Shown here piece by piece: positions 59,036 to 64,000 of a stretch of 64,000 nt of DNA. Source of the stretch: an uncultured bacterium (GTDB lineage: Bacteria; Patescibacteriota; Minisyncoccia; UBA6257; GWB1-50-10); contig CAVYJB010000002.1 of assembly GCA_963768835.1 (NCBI GenBank), forward strand, positions 136,230 to 200,229. Reading direction: 5' to 3'. Position numbers and translations under genes: made by a program. Each line of letters begins with the position of its first letter. Positions within the stretch are counted from its first letter, which is position 1. The notes under the pieces are model-generated. The model made no database searches. It saw only the letters and a list, made by a program, of their open reading frames with translations, and was not told where the DNA came from.

Positions 59036-59478
59036 TCACTGAGCGGTCGTCGTGCTATTACCTGAAGGGGTGGAGCAATTCGTATAAGTTTTCACATTAT
59101 TCTCCGTGATGAACGCTGTATCGCCTGTATTCCAGAATACAATTGATTCGCCCGCATTCGCGTAGCGTCCGCCGTCGGCCGAGATCGTATGTGGCAGGGT
59201 CATGCTGCGGCCGTCGCTTAGGGTTAAGGCAACGCTGCCGCCGGGTATCGGAGGCTGGTTCGGGTTGGTCGAGGGAGTACTTGTGCCCGCATAGAACGCG
59301 GCATTAATCACTTTTCCTCCGTCGCAAGAAAATGTTGCTGTTGCGATAAGCTGACCGGTTGGTTGCCCTCCAGTGGGAGTTGATACGACCGGTGGCCGTG
59401 TTTGAGGCCGCGCAATGATTGCGACGGCAACTGCTACCATTAGAATCAAAACCACAATAAGGATATTCCTTGTCTTCA
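59036..59478 (-). CDS. membrane-anchored secreted hypothetical protein (reverse-oriented cassette gene)
   Basis: Start chosen at MKTRNILIVVLILMVAVAVAIIA signal anchor; longer ORF to 59617 would overlap R9. Confidence 0.45.
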
Positions 59479-59539
59479 TATCTTTATATATAATATCACC
59501 ATTTTCAGAGCAAGGTTCTTGCAGTAGGGTGGTGGATGA

Positions 59540-59592
59540 AAAGATTCTAACTTCGTACTCTAGGGAGCTCAAACCCGGCGGACAGCTTCTTG
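59540..59592 (+). repeat. cassette-associated repeat copy R9 (divergent)
   Basis: AAGATTCTAACTTCGTACTCTAGGGAGCTCAAACCCGGCGGACAGCTTCTTGG. Confidence 0.65.
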
Positions 59593-59673
59593 GAACCCAG
59601 TTCCTGATTGACTTCAAAGGAGGTCAGTAGTAGTTTTGGTTCAGTTCACAACACAGTTCATTAGGAGGTCCCC

Positions 59674-60099
59674 ATGGTACGAAAGGAATTGCTTGGAAGG
59701 TATTTCTTTTCCTGCCAGTGGTGCCGGTTCGACGGGAGATGTGTTCTGAAACACCACGAGGTGCTCGGCTTGCCCGCCGGTCCCGGCGTAGATGCAACCC
59801 CCCACCCTGGGCATGAGCATATTGGGTGGGCTTACTCGGCTTTTCAGGAAAATATGTCACGGGGACGTTGCACGGGTCGCGTTCTGGCGACGGAGAGCAT
59901 ATTTTTCCCCCTCCAGTGCGAATGCGGCACGGTCATCGACTCGGAGTGTGCAAAGCTCGAGCCGAATAAGCAGGGCAAGCGGCGGTTCCGGGTTGCAATG
60001 CGCCTCAAGCGGAAGAACCGCGACGGCCGTACGCTGTCGCAGGAAACGCTTGAAGAACTGAACGCGATCTGCCCGCCGGACCCGACCTATCCTAGGTAG
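59674..60099 (+). CDS. Cys-rich hypothetical protein, cassette gene
   Basis: 141 aa; CQWCRFDGRC…C.C…C… pattern. Confidence 0.45.
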   Translation: MVRKELLGRYFFSCQWCRFDGRCVLKHHEVLGLPAGPGVDATPHPGHEHIGWAYSAFQENMSRGRCTGRVLATESIFFPLQCECGTVIDSECAKLEPNKQGKRRFRVAMRLKRKNRDGRTLSQETLEELNAICPPDPTYPR

Positions 60100-60183
60100 C
60101 AGAACGCTACGCCCCATCCCTTCTCTTCGAAAGAAGGATGAGGCTTTTATTTTTGGCGCCTTTTCGTCTTACGCCTCCGCCAA

Positions 60184-60240
60184 ACAGCCTCTGACATCGT
60201 ACACTCGAGGACCTAAAATCCAGCGGGCGGGTTACCCCTC
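60184..60240 (+). repeat. cassette-associated repeat copy R10 (divergent, last in array)
   Basis: ACAGCCTCTGACATCGTACACTCGAGGACCTAAAATCCAGCGGGCGGGTTACCCCTCC. Confidence 0.6.
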
Positions 60241-60594
60241 CCGGAGTTTCCCTGCTGTATTCTTCTTAACCCGTGCCCGGACAAGCTTCTGAATGAGCGC
60301 GATGGGAAGTTTTTTGTCTAACGGAAAGTGAACAGCCGATTTCGTGGTTTTGTACGCCGCCAGTTCATTTTTATATTCCTCCACGACTGGCGGACGCAGA
60401 TAGAGCCCAATGTGTTTCTTCATGAGACCGAACCAGGCTATGCGTCCCTTGTCGTAGCCGGGCATTCCGTAACTTATGCTTTCCACGGCATCCGGTGCGA
60501 CTTCTCTTATTGCTGCCCTCATCGCTTTAAGCTTGCCGCGCGTTTCTTTCCGAGCTCTCGCGATGTAAGCATCCACATCCCTGTATTTTTTCAT
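60232..60594 (-). CDS. DUF1801 (YdhG-like) family protein, reverse-oriented cassette gene
   Basis: …VDAYIARA…KLKAMRAAIREVAPDAVESISYGMPGY… typical DUF1801. Confidence 0.6.
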   Translation of the reverse strand: MKKYRDVDAYIARARKETRGKLKAMRAAIREVAPDAVESISYGMPGYDKGRIAWFGLMKKHIGLYLRPPVVEEYKNELAAYKTTKSAVHFPLDKKLPIALIQKLVRARVKKNTAGKLREG

Positions 60595-60767
60595 CCCCTT
60601 ATCATATCAAAAAGGAGCTCGCGAAAGGTTATTAGACCATCGCTTATAGGATTGGTCCTTAATAAAAAAACCAGACTCTTTATGTGGTCTGGTTATTTCT
60701 CGAGAAGTAAATACATCGGTGAGCCGATGACTACCCCCCCTTATTTATAAAGCGCCGTTCTACATCA

Positions 60768-60875
60768 TCATTTAGACGATGAATTCGCGCGCCCGTCCCA
60801 TATCAGCTCGATCAGACGAATGGCCGCGTAAGTCGCGACCGCCGTCAGGACCGCTTCACCGATGCGTACGAACAT
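60768..60875 (-). CDS. candidate 35-aa hydrophobic small protein
   Basis: Manual: GGAGG-6 nt-ATG TTC GTA CGC… MFVRIGEAVLTAVATYAAIRLIELIWDGRANSSSK*; below ORF-track cutoff. Confidence 0.3.
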   Translation of the reverse strand: MFVRIGEAVLTAVATYAAIRLIELIWDGRANSSSK

Positions 60876-61339
60876 GGAAACCTCCGTTGATGTTGATTCT
60901 CGTGGATGATCTGTTGTTCTGGATAGGCACCACGATATGCCCCTTCAGTCATTGCTAAACCAATTCAATCTTTCCGCCCCGGTCGGCCAGTTCGGCGCTC
61001 AAATTCCGCTTTCGGGAGCCAGCGTCCAGAGCGCTTCTTTTCAGAAACAGCTTCCTCGATGTACTGTCTACGCGCCCGCTCCTGATACTGAAGACCGCTC
61101 TCGCCACGCTTGCGTGTGTTGGCGAGATGACCAATTTTGCCCATATCACTCCTCCTATATGTGGTTATTAACTATACACTGCTAATCGGAGCATAGTGTT
61201 CTGAACGACACCTGTCAACGGGAGCAACGTACGCCCCTTTAGTGGTGGGATAACTCCAAAGTTCCATCGGCGGATTTCGTTGCCTTAAGGGGTTTTAGTG
61301 CTTTCTGCCGAGGAACCAATCGGGGGGTATAATTAAGAC

Positions 61340-61915
61340 ATGAATACCCCCTTCTTTACAGGGCGTGGCGATGGCGGGGAGAGCGCATACGGAGACCGGC
61401 GCCTGCGGAAGGACGATGCCCTCTTTGCGCTGCTCGGCGACCTTGACGAGTTGAACTCATGGATTGGTTTCTGTCGCGCGAAAGCTTCGGAGCTTGCGCC
61501 GAAAAAAGGAGCCGGAGTTCCCATTCTGGATTCCTTGGGGGACATTCAGGATACGCTTTTTACCGTGCAGGCAGAGGTCGCGGAAGTGGGGTTCGGATAC
61601 ACTTCCCGCGAACCGAAGCGCGTCACGCCCGCGCATACCCGGGCGCTTGAACAGACCATCGAGGCGATCGACTTGAAGCTGCCGCGTCTTTCCGCATTCG
61701 TTCTCCCTGGGGGCTCAGAACTCGCGGCCCGGCTGGATCTTGCGAGAACCGTTGCGCGTCGCATGGAGCGGGCCGCCGTCGCTTTCTCAGCGAAACACCC
61801 CCTTTCCGCAGAGCTTCTTAAATTTCTGAACCGTCTCTCGAGCACTCTCTTTGCGCTGGCGCGATACGCGAATCACTGTGCAGGAGTCGCCGAGAGTCAC
61901 CCGAAATATCAGTGA
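61340..61915 (+). CDS. ATP:cob(I)alamin adenosyltransferase, PduO-type
   Basis: N-terminal …TGRGDGGESAYGDRRLRKDDALFALLGDLDELNSWIG… PduO/MMAB family. Confidence 0.75.
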   Translation: MNTPFFTGRGDGGESAYGDRRLRKDDALFALLGDLDELNSWIGFCRAKASELAPKKGAGVPILDSLGDIQDTLFTVQAEVAEVGFGYTSREPKRVTPAHTRALEQTIEAIDLKLPRLSAFVLPGGSELAARLDLARTVARRMERAAVAFSAKHPLSAELLKFLNRLSSTLFALARYANHCAGVAESHPKYQ

Positions 61916-61939
61916 AAGCCAGGATGGTATACTGGGAAC

Positions 61940-62536
61940 ATGCCTGAGAAACTCGGTGAATCCCCGGAACAGCAACCGCCGCGATCGAAACTTTTCTCGC
62001 TTGGCGAGGAGTTGTCTGGAGATCCTACGGTTGACGCAGTCCGGAACGCTTTGGGGAGCGAGACGGAACCGACGCTGAAAGCGGCGGAGGGTATCCTTGA
62101 AGAGGCGGCGGATGAGGAAATCCAATACATGGAACAGGATCTTAGGGAACTTCTTGATAACCCCGAAGCCGTCCAAAAGCTCTGCGACCTGTTTCGCGAG
62201 AAGAGGGGTTGGGGGGATGGTGAGACGAGGGCGATGCTCGGAGTCCTTGAACACGCCCTTGTGGAACTAAACCACGGAACCACTCTTGTGGCTCCGGAGG
62301 AGACGGTGAAGGAGGCGGGGCCGGGAGGGAAGCGCTACCCTATGCCCTCAGGCGCGCGCGGGCTCGCGGAGACTCTTCGTTGGATCATCGCGCGGGACTA
62401 TAATCAGGATATGGCGTCGAAAGCGGGGGACCTCATCGGGCGATACGTCGGGGCGGCGGAGGAAAAAGTCCAGGAATACCGGCAGCGTGGCGCGCCGTCG
62501 AGCACCGCGAATGATTCCGAGGCGATAGAGGAGTAA
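61940..62536 (+). CDS. acidic hypothetical protein
   Basis: 198-aa ORF, no motif. Confidence 0.4.
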   Translation: MPEKLGESPEQQPPRSKLFSLGEELSGDPTVDAVRNALGSETEPTLKAAEGILEEAADEEIQYMEQDLRELLDNPEAVQKLCDLFREKRGWGDGETRAMLGVLEHALVELNHGTTLVAPEETVKEAGPGGKRYPMPSGARGLAETLRWIIARDYNQDMASKAGDLIGRYVGAAEEKVQEYRQRGAPSSTANDSEAIEE

Positions 62537-62545
62537 GATAAAGAC

Positions 62546-63058
62546 ATGTTTACCCTTGAAGAAATGCTCACGCGACTCGCGATAGCGATCGTTCTTGGTG
62601 CTATCGTGGGGGTTGAACGGGAAATTGCGGGTAAGGAAGCGGGGATTCGGACTGATATTTTAGTGGCCGGAGGCGCGACCATCTTCTCTATGGTAGCCCT
62701 TGCGCTCCCCGGCATTCTTGTAGCCGAGGGCGGAAATCTTGCGGATATTTTGGCGCACAATGGCGGGTTCCTTTCCATCATCGCGAACGTGGTGGTAGGG
62801 ATCGGTTTCCTTGGCGCCGGTATCATCGTGAAGCACGGCGTGCACGTGCGGGGGCTCACGACCGCGGCGAGCGTCTGGTTCGTAGCGGCGATCGGGGTGC
62901 TCGTGGGAATAGGTCTCCTGGAGTTTGCGACCATTGCGGCGCTGGGCCTCTCTCTGATTCTCGAGGTTCTCCGTCGCTTGAATGTCTATCGGTTTTTCGG
63001 GAAGAAGGGGGATGATGAGATAGACAGGGAGACGCAGGAGTCGAGCGACCCCGCGTGA
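62546..63058 (+). CDS. MgtC/SapB-family membrane protein
   Basis: …IVLGAIVGVEREIAGKEAGIRTDILVAGGATIFSM… MgtC motif. Confidence 0.75.
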   Translation: MFTLEEMLTRLAIAIVLGAIVGVEREIAGKEAGIRTDILVAGGATIFSMVALALPGILVAEGGNLADILAHNGGFLSIIANVVVGIGFLGAGIIVKHGVHVRGLTTAASVWFVAAIGVLVGIGLLEFATIAALGLSLILEVLRRLNVYRFFGKKGDDEIDRETQESSDPA

Positions 63059-63061
63059 ACC

Positions 63062-63646
63062 ATGGGGGACGCACCATTCATTCCAGAGCCCGGCGTGAGC
63101 TATTCCGCCGGTGTTGCGTATGTGGTTCTCCGAGGAAGCACGCCGCAGCTTCTTCTCGTGCTCCAAAAGTCAGGTGAGCAGAACGCCCAGAAGAGCGGCA
63201 ATGTTTTCGTGGAACCACGGGTATGGAAAATGCCAATGGGCCACTTCGACGCGACACGAGATGGGACGCTCTCCGAAACGGCGGAACGCGAATTCGCCGA
63301 GGAGACCGGACTCGAACTATCTGCAAAGGCTCTGGACCCGACGCTCTCGGTCGCGCTCCGTATCCCCTCGGAGCGGCCCGGTTCGAAGTATCACGAGGAT
63401 CGATTCTTTTTAGTAATCAGCAAGACGGCACCGCCCGCCGCAAAAGGGAAGAACCGCGATGCGATTATCGAGGACGCCAGGCTCTTCCCGCTTGGAGGAC
63501 TCCCGAATGGCGAAGGACCGAACGAGAAAGGGGCCGCGATGGCATGGGGACACCGGCGGAAGCTTGTGCGGCTCCTCGCCGCCTGCCGGGAGGATGCACG
63601 GGTTCGGCCTCTCATCGAGCTCATCAAGAGTATCGCCACGGCGTAA
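63062..63646 (+). CDS. NUDIX hydrolase
   Basis: …LSETAEREFAEETGLEL… Nudix box; followed by hairpin terminator 63655-63697. Confidence 0.7.
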   Translation: MGDAPFIPEPGVSYSAGVAYVVLRGSTPQLLLVLQKSGEQNAQKSGNVFVEPRVWKMPMGHFDATRDGTLSETAEREFAEETGLELSAKALDPTLSVALRIPSERPGSKYHEDRFFLVISKTAPPAAKGKNRDAIIEDARLFPLGGLPNGEGPNEKGAAMAWGHRRKLVRLLAACREDARVRPLIELIKSIATA

Positions 63647-63759
63647 TAAAAAATTCGCCCCTGCACGTCATAAAGACCCGCAGGGGCGATTTTGTGCCGC
63701 GGTTATACCGTGGCGGATTGGAGCTTCTGAAACATCGGGAGGAGATTGATGAAACCAAG

Positions 63760-64000
63760 ATGCGCCGGCTTCACATGGATACCTTCCAGACACGGATCCT
63801 CGAATTTCTCGATAGCGCCGTTGGAGCTCTTCTCCCGCGGTACCAACTCGATCTCCGCGATCGGATCCACGAAGCGCGCTTCCGTGACCTCCTCCGCGCT
63901 GTCCCGGATACGCTTCGGGACCTCCTGGGAAACTCCCGGGTAGACCTCGAGGTTTCCGGTGAAGACGAAGTGAAAATGTCCGTGCTTATCAACCGAGATC
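63760..64000 (+). CDS. 5' part of a CDS running off the window (product unknown)
   Basis: Open frame MRRLHMDTFQTRILEFLDSAVGALLPRYQLDLRDRIHEARF… continues to window end; start uncertain (GTG 63694 / TTG 63718 / ATG 63760). Confidence 0.35.
   Translation, partial: MRRLHMDTFQTRILEFLDSAVGALLPRYQLDLRDRIHEARFRDLLRAVPDTLRDLLGNSRVDLEVSGEDEVKMSVLINRD

Noticed and set aside
48954-60240. Calling the array repeats canonical integron attC sites
   Set aside because: The conserved core has no inverted RYYYAAC/GTTRRRY pair and no intI is present. I therefore report it only as integron-like architecture.
1-64000. CRISPR arrays and rRNA genes
   Set aside because: No regularly spaced short direct repeats with spacers of 30-40 bp were found, and no rRNA-like conserved stretches. 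The only periodic repeats are the 500-1200 bp-spaced cassette-associated elements.

Overview
This 64-kb bacterial window is GC-rich (about 55-60%) and gene-dense, with many housekeeping genes interspersed with apparent accessory DNA. Housekeeping content: infC-rpmI-rplT, argS, ileS, trpS, RNase J, RNase Y, HU, secG, gpmI, a PGI/PMI isomerase, smpB plus tmRNA, arfB, and seven tRNAs (Arg-CCG, Leu-CAG, Gly-UCC, Pro-UGG, Arg-UCU, Phe-GAA, His-GUG). A small DNA-repair cluster holds a family-4 UDG, two NUDIX proteins and an MGMT-like protein. The unusual regions are listed below. (1) From about 48.9 to 60.3 kb, a conserved 35-55 bp element (core AACAGGTTCTAACnTCnTnCACTAGGGGACCC) occurs in the same orientation in every intergenic gap and separates single small ORFs of unrelated function (NUDIX, DUF1801, DUF336-like, lipoproteins, Cys-rich proteins). 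This resembles a sedentary-integron-like cassette array, but the attC sites are not canonical and no integrase is present in the window. (2) A type-2 IleRS carries a roughly 190-aa histidine-phosphatase (PGAM-like, RHGES motif) domain inserted in its catalytic core. (3) A membrane-anchored ClpB/ClpC-like double AAA+ protein has a degenerate first Walker B motif and is translationally coupled to a small membrane protein. (4) A degraded integrative element sits at tRNA-His: an N-terminally truncated large serine recombinase plus a truncated HtrA-like protease fragment. Two adjacent PD-(D/E)xK nuclease proteins follow, one of them a membrane-anchored Mrr-like protein. (5) A low-GC block of hypothetical genes, including a mini GIY-YIG nuclease, lies immediately 3' of tmRNA. 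(6) A PNAG-like exopolysaccharide operon encodes a processive GT2 with a QxxRW motif followed by a NodB deacetylase. No CRISPR arrays or rRNA genes were found. All assignments rest on reading motifs in the translated ORFs and manual tRNA/tmRNA folding; no database searches were possible.
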